39,146 nucleotides of DNA from an uncultured Nitrospiraceae bacterium (GTDB lineage Bacteria; Nitrospirota; Nitrospiria; Nitrospirales; Nitrospiraceae), in NCBI GenBank assembly GCA_963706325.1, contig CAVPLT010000008.1, forward strand, positions 1 through 39,146, in the 5' to 3' direction. Of the stretch, positions 12,921 through 22,333 are shown in pieces (position 1 is the stretch's first letter; every line of letters starts with the position of its first letter). The notes under the pieces were generated by a model. The model was not told the DNA's origin and ran no database searches. It saw only the letters and a list, made by a program, of their open reading frames with translations. Position numbers and translations under genes: made by a program.

Positions 12921-14338
12921 TCACTGAACCTGTAGATTAGTTGGGGATGGCATCGTCTCCCCAGCGCCACTGAATTCTATAGCGCCTCGGTCCCACTTGC
13001 CGTCCGCACCGCGTGTTTTGCCGAGGACGTCCAAATTGAATGTTTGACCCCCGGCATTGTTGAGGGTTGTTCCGGCCTTCATCGTTGAGGCCACGGCCGA
13101 CGGCAAGCTCGCGTCAAATGCGGCCAAATTTGAAAAAGGATTGCCGGTGCTAATGTATTGATTCGTGCCGCTGGGATATGTCGTACTGAAGAAGGCGTTT
13201 GAGTCCTGCGTCAGATTGACGCCACCTCCCATAGTCGCGTGCATAGTGTACAGCAGATTATTTTTGGCCTCGCCAGCCAAAGTACATCGTACGCTATCGC
13301 CGCCAGCCACGGGCCACCACTGGCGAGTGGCGAGTTAATAAAGCTGTTGTTATAGAGATAGATGGTGCCACTTCCCCAGATGCATGCGATCACACCATTG
13401 CCTGCTTGTTGATCTTTAAACACATTCCCATAAATGTAGTAGGTGCCGACTTGACCGTTCAATCCTGCGGTGATGGTGGCGGTGCCACTGCTTCGTGCTT
13501 CAAACCAGTTGTAACGGATGGCCCAATCCAGGATGTTTCCATAATTGTTATTCAAATCCTCGCCGTGGCAATTGCTGTCGCTGTATCCATGATAACTGAT
13601 GCTACGCTCAAAGACCCATCCCGCGTGGGTCGGCCCTGGTGAGGTTCCCCACACGACATTCTCGTAGTTATCCGCAAAGAGATAACTCATGCGGAGGTTA
13701 TTGACTGACCGTGTGGAATCGTTGGTCGCAATAAAATATGTCTGTCCGGAACAGCTTCCCCCGCTGCCGGTGGCGTTCGCGGAAGTCGCCACAATGTTAC
13801 TCAGGGTGATGTCTGTGACGGTTGCAGAAGTGTTATAGATCTGAAAGACACGGCCGCCCGGTGGGGTGATCGGAGAGCCGATCCTAAAACCATAGGCCGA
13901 TTTCGGTGAAGTTCCATGGTGCGACGGCCGTGAGCGTTCCATGCACTGCCCCATCGAACACCCAATAGGACGTGCTGAACCAAAACGTACCTGTCCAGAC
14001 GGCTTGCGAGCCGCCGTCGCGCGTATCCACAGACATGGCCGACGTCCAGCCAGTATCGGTTCCGCGCGATGAGCCGCCGTCTCGCTTTTCTTGATCCTAA
14101 TCACTAGTGTACCTGAAGCAGGAGTATTGAAAGTTCGCCCACCATACGTTCCACTAGCAATATAGTAGGTATCGCCTCGAACTAACGATGCCGGCAACGA
14201 GGTATACGCATTTATCGAATCTGTCCGATTATTTGCACCATTGGCGCCGGAGCGGATGTACTGGTTGGCCGCCTGAGCGTTCACTGTACCGAGAGCAAGC
14301 ATCGTCAGAAGCAATGTTAAAAACAAAATATTTTTCAT
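12921..14338 (-). CDS. Secreted protein, probable right-handed beta-helix (pectate-lyase-like fold), frameshifted
   Basis: Sec signal peptide (..VNAQA|ANQY), GGAGG SD; LVRGDTYYIASGTY, repeated IRYNWF/IYGNVF/LYNNSF strands, C-terminal WDRGAIEF. Shift near 13290 plus a compensating pair at ~14060/13900. Confidence 0.7.
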
Positions 14339-14626
14339 CGGGTGCCTCCAGAATTCAATGCAGTAGCCACTTTCATCTTGCGCAGGAATACCAAAAAAAC
14401 TAAGCGGACCCGGTTGAGAACGACATCATCAGTGCTCGGTCCTTGTCCATCGAGCGCATTTATATCCTCTCATAGTCCTGACTCGCTAAAATGCCCGAGG
14501 CTAACAGTTCTCCAGCTAGTGTCATGCCTCCTGGTCAGAGGCTATCAGTCGTTACGTCGATCAGGGAAGACAGACAGCGCCGGTCACGATTCGTCTGTAC
14601 CACCATAACATCTGCGCTTGAGATAG

Positions 14627-14641
14627 GCAAAACAGATGCCT
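14627..14641 (-). promoter_or_regulatory. Candidate sigma-54 (-24/-12) promoter
   Basis: Minus strand AGGCATCTGTTTTGC fits GG-N10-GC with TTGC, ~290 nt upstream of the secreted-protein gene. Confidence 0.4.
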
Positions 14642-14761
14642 GGGCTCGCTGGGTGGTTCATAGTTGCTACCAGTGGGTTCAACATCATGAAAGATAATGT
14701 GGTTTTCTAAAAGCAGTCAATAGGTAGCATGGCTGATGGTGATGCCATGACGGTCCAATCG

Positions 14762-14779
14762 TGTAGGGAGACACCTACA
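14762..14779. promoter_or_regulatory. Palindrome TGTAGG-N6-CCTACA, candidate activator-binding site
   Basis: Perfect 6-bp inverted repeat tgtagg-gagaca-cctaca in the divergent intergenic region; the TGTAGG half-site recurs at 20907 and 22135. Confidence 0.4.
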
Positions 14780-14892
14780 ATAAAGAACAAGGTAGTAGTC
14801 CGCCTCTCATGGTGATGTCCGGCAACGAACGCCCTCTCTGAAAACTTCCGGTGTGCCATACCGCGTCATGTCTTCCGGCCGGATCGAGGCAG

Positions 14893-15072
14893 TTGCCTGA
14901 ACCTCGGTCCAGGTTGTTCAGGCAATTCCGCCAGCGTCTCCTGAGCTTTAATCTCCGCCAGGGCCAATTGAGTTGAAACACCGCGCCGTGATTTAGTCTC
15001 TCTTTCTCGGTCACCTCGCTCCTCTTTTTCGCCACCATCCGGTGGCTCCGGGAAATATAAGGCTGCCACTCA
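14893..15072 (-). mobile_element. Degraded IS3-family remnant (left end plus 5' part of orfA)
   Basis: Two minus frames join to ..KERLNHGAVF/TQLALAEIKAQETLAELPEQ, resembling IS3 OrfA N-termini (RRNHxxxFKAQVALAAxKGxKTLAELAxQ); GAGGAG SD and a 5'-TG end upstream; no orfB follows. Confidence 0.55.
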
Positions 15073-15129
15073 ACACACGGTTCGACTCACCGCAGCTGCC
15101 ATCTAGGGAAAGCCGCACCATCAGGGCAT

Positions 15130-15693
15130 ATGCATCCAAGAATTGAACGGCGGGGAAAACTGTATCTGCTCAACTTATTCCGCATGGGTAGGAAGGTGAG
15201 CGACGTTCTTATCGCTGCGTTCAAAGCAAGCAGGCTGAATGGTGGCTTGAAACGCACGAAGCAATGCCCGCCGAGAGACGTCCACCCGGAAGAAGCCTTC
15301 CAGCGCCTCTTAAAAAATGAAGCCAGGCGATCCAGCCGATCAGGCCATTTCTGCCAACTCCTCCTCGTGTACCGCAGGAATACACGAGGGGCGCTGCTCC
15401 CGATGGGGCGCCGCGTTTCCAAGGTGGTGATCGAGGCGTTGTCCGGCAATCTCCGGGAGACCGATGACATCGGGTGGTATCGGGATGAACACACCGTGGG
15501 AGCGCTTCTGACGGTTATGGGACGAGATTCTAGGGCGGGGCACAACCGGCTTCGGTGGCGACTTGAGGAGATTTTTCGGGACAGACTCAGATCTGAGGAA
15601 TCCTCTTCTATCCGGATCCAGGTGTATCGACATGATGAGATCACGAAAGTCGACTTGCCTGGCCCGCGTGATTCACGAATGGTTCTGTTGTAA
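15130..15693 (+). CDS. Stand-alone degenerate GGDEF-like domain protein
   Basis: EEAFQRLLKNEARRSSRSGH..LLLV..LRETDDIGWYRDEHT matches the GGDEF fold pattern, with RxxD kept and GGDEF replaced; homologous to the N-terminus of 17044-18171. Start uncertain (15130 or 15184). Confidence 0.65.
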   Translation: MHPRIERRGKLYLLNLFRMGRKVSDVLIAAFKASRLNGGLKRTKQCPPRDVHPEEAFQRLLKNEARRSSRSGHFCQLLLVYRRNTRGALLPMGRRVSKVVIEALSGNLRETDDIGWYRDEHTVGALLTVMGRDSRAGHNRLRWRLEEIFRDRLRSEESSSIRIQVYRHDEITKVDLPGPRDSRMVLL

Positions 15694-15965
15694 TCGTACT
15701 TCGCGGCGGCGATAAGTCCCCACGGACCGGCGCTCCGCCCGGTTGGTCCCCATCCTGTTCAAGCATTCCTCCTTTCCTCCCGGCTTCGTGCCGCTCTCCG
15801 CGGCGACTCCGCGATTTGGGGATGAACCGATCTGAACAATGCAGGCCAGTCCATTATGGGCATGCCATCAATTCACTTGGTGCAGTCCTGTCGCTCTTCA
15901 TGCCGCTTGTTCCCTGACAAATGACGTTTTTCAAACGTGCGTAACATCAGCAAAGGAGTGAAACC

Positions 15966-16967
15966 ATGCTGAAACTTGGTGTGATCGGTTACGGTTATTG
16001 GGGCCCGAATATTGTGCGTAATTTCGCGGGACACCAGGACTGCACGGTCGTGGCGGTCTGCGATAAAAATCCCGTGGCCTTGGCACGGGTCTTGGGCCGG
16101 CATGCAGGTGTGCGCGTCACGACTGAAGTCGATGATATCGTGACATCCTCCGACATCGATGCGGTGGCGATTGTGACGCCGGTGTCGTATCACTACGAGC
16201 TGGCCAAGAAAGCATTGGAGAATGGGAAGCACGTGTTCGTGGAGAAACCCTTTACGGCGACGTCCGCGCAGGCCGAGGAACTGGTCGAGTTGGCTGAACG
16301 CCGGAATCTCCTGATCATGGTGGACCACACGTTTCTCTTCACCGGCGCGGTCCGCAAGATTAAGCAACTCATCGATGAAGGCGCCCTCGGACCTCTGTAT
16401 TACTATGATTCGACCCGGGTCAACCTGGGACTATTTCAGCACGATGTGAATGTGCTCTGGGACCTCGCTCCGCATGATCTGTCCATCATGGATTATCTGA
16501 TCGGGCTGGAGCCTGAATTGGTGGTGGCGACCGGTGGCGCCCATGTGAATAGCTTCGAGAACATCGCCTACCTGACGGTATATTTCCCCAACAACGTCCT
16601 CGCCCATATCAACGTGAATTGGCTCTCCCCGGTGAAGGTCCGCACAACGCTGATAGGCGGACAAAAGAGGATGTTGGTCTGGAATGACCTGGATCCGTCG
16701 GAAAAATTGCGTGTGTATGACAAGGGCGCCGAACTGGGGACGGCCCAGGGTGTTCACCAGGCGCTGGTGAGCTATCGGACCGGTGATATGTGGGCGCCGA
16801 AGATAGAAGAACTCGAAGCGCTTCAGATCGAAACACGATATTTCCTGGATTGTATTAAGAATGGCGTGAAGCCCTTCAACGACGGGCAGGCGGGTCTACG
16901 GGTCGTGCGAATTCTGGAGGCAGCGGAACTCTCTCTCAACCAGCACAAAGAAATTGTGTTGGCGTAG
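15966..16967 (+). CDS. Gfo/Idh/MocA family oxidoreductase
   Basis: GVIGYGYWG, HVFVEKP, VDHTFLF, WDLAPHD; AAGGAG SD; intact. Confidence 0.93.
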   Translation: MLKLGVIGYGYWGPNIVRNFAGHQDCTVVAVCDKNPVALARVLGRHAGVRVTTEVDDIVTSSDIDAVAIVTPVSYHYELAKKALENGKHVFVEKPFTATSAQAEELVELAERRNLLIMVDHTFLFTGAVRKIKQLIDEGALGPLYYYDSTRVNLGLFQHDVNVLWDLAPHDLSIMDYLIGLEPELVVATGGAHVNSFENIAYLTVYFPNNVLAHINVNWLSPVKVRTTLIGGQKRMLVWNDLDPSEKLRVYDKGAELGTAQGVHQALVSYRTGDMWAPKIEELEALQIETRYFLDCIKNGVKPFNDGQAGLRVVRILEAAELSLNQHKEIVLA

Positions 16968-17043
16968 GCTCGGGACGTCATTCAGGAACGGGTTGGCTGC
17001 ATCGCCGGGCAGCGTGATCGATCTTGTAGCCATAGTCGGTTAG

Positions 17044-18171
17044 ATGGGAGGCACTATGAGGCTCTTGCACGAAGAAGACAAAATGGCTGGAGTCCTTCAA
17101 GCGATTTTCGAGGAAGGGCTTTTCAGGTACAGCATCACGAGAGAGCGCAAACGTACGGAGCGATCCGGACTAGGCATGGTGATGCTGCTGATCGGCCTCC
17201 AGGATATCCGGTCTGAGGACGCGCACGTACGGTTTGCCACGATGGCCAATGCGTTATCGGCCATCAAGTCGGACATGGATATTCTCGGCTGGTTCGAACG
17301 GCAGTCCATCATGGGCCTGATCGTCCCCGAACTCGATGCTTCGAGCTTGGTAAAGATCAGTGAGCGGCTTGAAGCCGATTTTCAGAAAGAATTCACGCAT
17401 CAGTTGGAGGGAGATCTGTCCCCACGACTCTCGATCAGCCTGCATGTCTATCCGGAGCCGTGGAAACTGGAAGAAGCGGAGCATCAACATATGGACCCCG
17501 CTTTTTTCCCGGAACTCCAAGATGGATGGTCGATTGCCGGATTTCAAACCTTCAAGCGGGGGCTGGATATTCTGCTCAGCTTCTTGCTGCTGATCATTCT
17601 GTCACCGCTGCTCCTGGCCATTGCCGGCCTCGTAAAATTGTCGTCGCGCGGGCCGGTCATATTTCGCCAGGTGCGGGTCGGGCAGATGATGAAACCGTTC
17701 ACGATGTGCAAGTTCCGAACGATGTATGCGGATGCAGACCATGGAATACACCATAATTATGTGAGCTGGTTTATCACATCCAGCGACGAGAGGTCGGAGC
17801 AGGACGGGAAGGGATTCTTCAAATTGACCAACGATACGAGGATCACTCCGATAGGCCATCTCCTCCGAAGAACAAGTCTTGATGAGCTGCCTCAACTATG
17901 GAATGTGCTGATTGGTGAAATGTCGCTCGTCGGGCCGCGGCCTCCGCTTTGGTATGAACTTGAACGGTACAAACCGTGGCATCGCCATCGAGTCTTGGCA
18001 GCCAAGCCGGGAATTACAGGTCTCTGGCAGGTGGTCGGGCGGAGTCGTACCACATTCGACGAAATGGTACGCCTCGACCTCCGCTACGCGAGGACCATGT
18101 CCTTGTGGGGAGACATCAAAATTATCGTTGCGACACCTGCCGCAATGATCACGGGCAAAGGGGCTTGTTAG
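17044..18171 (+). CDS. Priming sugar transferase (polyprenyl-phosphate phosphoglycosyltransferase) with N-terminal degenerate GGDEF-like domain
   Basis: FKRGLDI + single hydrophobic helix, GPVIFRQVRVG, KFRTM, LRRTSLDELPQLWNVLIGEMSLVGPRP, KPGITGLWQV; start may be 17056. Confidence 0.92.
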   Translation: MGGTMRLLHEEDKMAGVLQAIFEEGLFRYSITRERKRTERSGLGMVMLLIGLQDIRSEDAHVRFATMANALSAIKSDMDILGWFERQSIMGLIVPELDASSLVKISERLEADFQKEFTHQLEGDLSPRLSISLHVYPEPWKLEEAEHQHMDPAFFPELQDGWSIAGFQTFKRGLDILLSFLLLIILSPLLLAIAGLVKLSSRGPVIFRQVRVGQMMKPFTMCKFRTMYADADHGIHHNYVSWFITSSDERSEQDGKGFFKLTNDTRITPIGHLLRRTSLDELPQLWNVLIGEMSLVGPRPPLWYELERYKPWHRHRVLAAKPGITGLWQVVGRSRTTFDEMVRLDLRYARTMSLWGDIKIIVATPAAMITGKGAC

Positions 18172-18295
18172 GCCCTCAGAATCTCTGCAGATATGCCGCG
18201 GCCATGTTGGCAGCGGTGCGGAGGAATGCGTGCTGCAATATCACAGTAAAGAGTCCTGACGTGTGTGGTCGGCTGGCTGATGCTCCGTCTGCCAG

Positions 18296-19191
18296 TTGTC
18301 TTTCCCTGCGTTCACCAGGGCGTTGCCCTTCGGCGTAACACAGCGCAACCTTCTCTTTCTTGTGTTGTTCTTCGCCACAGTTGCATGGTTTTTGCGGCCT
18401 CTTGGTGAACTCTTTTCCCTCACGCAACAGCAGGAACATTACTCTCACATGTTGCTGGTCCCCTTGGTGAGCCTATCTCTTATCTACCCGTACCGGAAAG
18501 CACTCTTGACATCAAGGGAGTGGAGCCCATGGCTGGGGATGCTGTTGATTGGGGGTGGGGCGTCGTTGTATGGGGTTGCCAATCAAATGACCAAGGGTCC
18601 GGATTCCTTGTCCATGATCATGTTGTCGTTGGTCGTGCTGTGCTGGGGGATCTTTGTCATGTGCTTCGGGATACGGAGCTGTCGAAAGGTTTCATTTGGG
18701 CTGTTGTTTCTTCTCTTTATGGTGCCGATTCCGTCTATGCTTATGGATGCGCTCATTCGTTTCCTGCAAAGGAGTTCGGCTGAGGCGACGGATTTCCTGT
18801 TCACGGTTCTCGGGGTGCCGGTCTCACGACAGGGGTTTGTGTTTAGTCTCTCTCATTTCACGATCACGATCTCAGAAGAATGCAGCGGCATTCGATCAGC
18901 CCTGTCGCTTTTCATTACCAGTCTCGTAGCCGGGTACTTGTGTCTTAGGTCCGGTTGGTCCAAGATGGGATTGGTGGCGATCGTCATTCCGCTTGCCATC
19001 ATCAAGAACGCGTTCCGTATCGTCGGCTTGACGCTGTTGGCTAACTACGTCGATCCGACCTATATTACGAATAGCGCGTTGCACCGGAGCGGGGGAATTC
19101 CACTTTTTCTGTGTCTCTCGTCGTTCTCTTTTCGCTGGTCTGGCTGTTACGACGATTGGAGACAAGATTCGGTTTCGACTCCGCGCATTGA
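18296..19191 (+). CDS. Exosortase (EpsH/Xrt family)
   Basis: Multi-TM; YSH, FMVPIP, catalytic triad ECSGIRS / NAFRI / LHRSGG. A shift near 19110 gives the natural end ..LVWLLRRLETRFGFDSAH* at 19191; no EpsI fusion. Confidence 0.9.
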
Positions 19192-19202
19192 ATGGTGCAT
19201 GT

Positions 19203-20320
19203 ATGCTCAATGGAGAGGCTCTGCAACATAAAATATCCCGCGTGATTCCTGTAAGGCAAAGCGATGACCTCGCCAAGGATGCTGTCTACGCAATCGATCC
19301 ACTCCGCGATCCCCGGTGGCCTGAGTCTTGTTTCGCAGCATACGAGCGCCTCGGTATTTCATACGCGCGGCTGGCTGCGGGCTTTGCAGAAGACGTATGG
19401 GTATGAGCCGATCGCGTTTACCCTGTCCGCTCCTTCCGAAGCTCTGAAAAGCGCCCTGGTATTTTGCATCGTGCGCAGCTGGCTCACCGGCAATCGACTT
19501 GTCTCATTGCCCTTTTCCGATCACTGCGAGCCACTCGTGGAACACCCGGAGCAGTTCAGGACGTTGTCTGACTTCGTAGTGAGTGCGAGAACCAAGGAAC
19601 GATGGAAGTATGTCGAACTGCGGTCCGCTGATCCCTTGCTGGATTGTGGCTGCAGTTTCAGCAGCGTCACGACCTACCGCCTACATCGGCTCGATCTTCG
19701 ACCCAGTCTCGATCTGTTGTATAAGGGGTTTCACAAGGATTGCATTCAGCGAAAGATTGCGCGGGCAGAGCGAGAAGGGCTGAGCTATGAAGCGGGCCGT
19801 AGCGACTCCCTGCTTCATCAGCTGTATGGCTTACTTCAACTCACTCGGTCTCGTCACCACCTTCCCCCGCAGCCTATCGAGTGGTTTCGCAATCTTGTGG
19901 CTGGCATGGGAGAGGATGCCTGTATCAGGATTGCTTCCAAGGCAGGGCAACCAGTTGCAGGCATCTTGACCCTCCGTCATCGAAAGAGCGTGGTATACAA
20001 GTACGGCGGCTCCGATACGCGCTTCAATAATCTGGGGGGTACAGCCATGCTCCTCTGGCAAGCGATCAAGGACGCCAAGCAAGCAGGGACTGAGGTCCTC
20101 GACTTAGGACGTTCGGACCTCGACAATCCAGGCCTGATTGCATTTAAGGAGTCGCTGGTCCGCCGAATGCTCCACCCTGAACACGTGGCGTGCGCCTCTT
20201 GCAGTGTCTTCTCCGCATCGCGAACGCTTGAAGATTCGGTGCACGAAGGAGGTGTTTGCCCGAATGCCAGCAAGCGTACTCACATTGGCCGGGCGACTCC
20301 TCTATCGGCATATAGGATAA
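19203..20320 (+). CDS. FemAB-related / GNAT-fold protein, exosortase-system associated, frameshifted near 19325 and 20155
   Basis: IDPLRDPRW, SVFHTRGWL, LVSLPFSDHC, YVELR, LLWQAIKDA, LDLGRSD..GLIAFK..W, ends AGRLLYRHIG*. Confidence 0.82.
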
Positions 20321-20500
20321 GCGGCATCGGGGAAGGGCGGGTGAGGAAATGTGCTCTCCAACTTCATCGCCGGGATTTCCTCAACGTCTCAGTAGCCCGC
20401 TTGTTTGCTTGATGATGCAACTTGACAGTATATGACGGGCGTTGCTCCCTCCTAGGGGAGCGTAGGCATAGAAGGTTAACCTTAGAAGGAGGGAGTAGAA

Positions 20501-20761
20501 ATGAGGAAACGAATTGGGCTTATGGGTTCTATCTTGCTAGGGGCCGCGATGGTCATCGTGGGGCTGTCTGGTAATTTAGCACTGGCTGATCCGGACAATG
20601 GCAATATCCCAGGCGCGAGTGATACCAATGGCTGTGGCCCGAGTGGAAACCAACCGAAAAAGTGCGCATCTGTTCCAGAGCCATCTTCCGTGATCCTCCT
20701 CGGTGCTGGCTTGGCCGGACTTGGCCTCTGGGCCTGGAGAAGGGCGTCCACGAAGATTTAG
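20501..20761 (+). CDS. Miniature PEP-CTERM sorting-signal protein (86 aa)
   Basis: AAGGAGG SD; signal peptide ending ALA; VPEPSS + hydrophobic helix + WRR basic tail. Confidence 0.92.
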   Translation: MRKRIGLMGSILLGAAMVIVGLSGNLALADPDNGNIPGASDTNGCGPSGNQPKKCASVPEPSSVILLGAGLAGLGLWAWRRASTKI

Positions 20762-20790
20762 TTCCGTTTCGTTCAAGAAGAGTATCCAAC

Positions 20791-20833
20791 AAGCAGGGCC
20801 AGTCCTCGCAAGGGGACTGGCCCTTTGCTTTTT
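20791..20833 (+). terminator. Intrinsic terminator
   Basis: GGGCCAGTCCTC-GCAA-GGGGACTGGCCC 12-bp stem with GNRA loop, then TTTGCTTTTT, 30 nt after the PEP-CTERM stop. Confidence 0.88.
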
Positions 20834-20987
20834 GGAGGAGAATCTCGAGCGACCGTTACGAAAACGGGCTGCCTATGAATATTAGACCTACGCAACTGAA
20901 CAGTTTTGTAGGCTTCTGCCTCTCTACTGCGTGAACAAATAAGCGGCAATTCATTGCCAGTCAATAACTTACGCATGCGTGTCGTGA

Positions 20988-21003
20988 TGGCATCGCTGTT
21001 GCT
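20988..21003 (+). promoter_or_regulatory. Sigma-54 (-24/-12) promoter candidate
   Basis: TGGCATCGCTGTTGCT matches TGGCA-N6-TTGCW, ~100 nt upstream of ATG 21105. Confidence 0.65.
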
Positions 21004-21104
21004 TTGTAGAGACCGCAAGGGTGCATCGTGTGGAAGAACGGTCACATTCAGTGGATCGAGAGGATGTTTGAGACATGCCTGGCAACACAATGAATGAGGT
21101 GGAT

Positions 21105-21803
21105 ATGCTTCAAGCTCATCAACATTTACCTTTCCGACGAAGTGCGGTGGTCGCGGTATCATTCCGCTTCTGGTTCGTCACGGGCCTGGCACTGGTGATG
21201 GGATTCTGGACATGTCCCGAAGTGTGGGCATTGACTGCGACTCCAACGACTGTCACCTTTCAAGCCGTTCAGGGCGCGACCAATCCGACCAGCCAGACCG
21301 TCAACATGTCCAGATCCGGTAGACGTCAGCGTAGTTGGACCGCGAGACGATAGCAGGGGATGGCTCGCTGTCTCCCCCGCCACCGGTCCATGACAAGCAG
21401 CGGGCAGGTTGCATTGGCGGTGAATACCGCAGGGTTAGCAGCAGGCACCTATACCGCAAGGGTCACGATTACTTTAGATAACGGAGAGAGCACGTCTGTT
21501 CCGGTGACTCTGAAGGTGGCTGCTGCTCCGGCGCCAACTCCGCCTCCGCCGCCGCCACCTACCTCTGGGACCAAAGCGTCCCTTAGCTGGAGCCCCGTGG
21601 CCAGCACCGATCTCGCGGGATACAAAGTGTATATGGGGTCGGCTTCGGGACGTTATGGAACGCCTCTGGATGTGGGCAACATGACCTCGTACGTGGCAAA
21701 CAGCCTCGCTGTAGGAAGTACGTACTATTTTGTCGTGACGAGCTATAGCAGTAGCGGCAGTGAAAGCCCTTATTCAAACGAGGTGAGCAAGAGCATTTAT
21801 TGA
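21105..21803 (+). CDS. Secreted BACON-like + poly-Pro + FN3 protein, copy 1 (frameshifted ~21345-21390)
   Basis: Signal ..VWA|LTATPT, TFQAVQG..SQTV..W..WLAVSP..VNTAGLAAGTYTA, Pro7 linker, LSWSP..LAGYKVY..TYYFVVTSY..ES.YSNEVSK. Confidence 0.78.
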
Positions 21804-22333
21804 CAGGAACCGCATGTGTAGGGTCAGCAAAACCAGTGATGGTGGGCTCAAGTGTCCACTGCAGACAGAACGGGGATACAAGCTAGGTGCTGTCGAGCTC
21901 ATGGGATGCCATCGACTGGGAGAAGCGTGTGTTCTGGTCAAACCAATGAATTCCAGCGCCGCACCAACCACATAATTCCGTGAAGCGAAGCCCTGTGCAA
22001 GACGGCTCATAGGGCTTCACTCTCCGATGAGTTTTCTTGTCTCGCCATGCATCCTTGTACCTGAGTGCCTCAATTTCCCTCTTGAATAGTTTCTGGTTCC
22101 ATGTTTTATTGGGCCTGTACAGACTGAACGCTTGTGTAGGATTCTGCCGCTTCGTTGCTCGGACCAACTGGTCGCAATCCACTCAGTAGCTATGGACTTC
22201 CGCTAGTGCCACATGGTGGCTTGCTATTACCTATTAGGAAAGCGATGTCGAATCGTATAAAGCAATGCCCGATTCCCGTCACTTCACACGTTGATTTGAA
22301 AAATAACTGTGTGACACAACAATCGAGGTTTAC

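Noticed and set aside
12764..12970. 68-aa minus-strand ORF after the beta-helix gene
   Set aside because: Overlaps the end of the real gene, with no SD and no recognisable motif.
20393..20409. TAGCCCGCTTGTTTGCT as a sigma-54 promoter for the PEP-CTERM gene
   Set aside because: Lacks the invariant GG and the spacing is one base too long.
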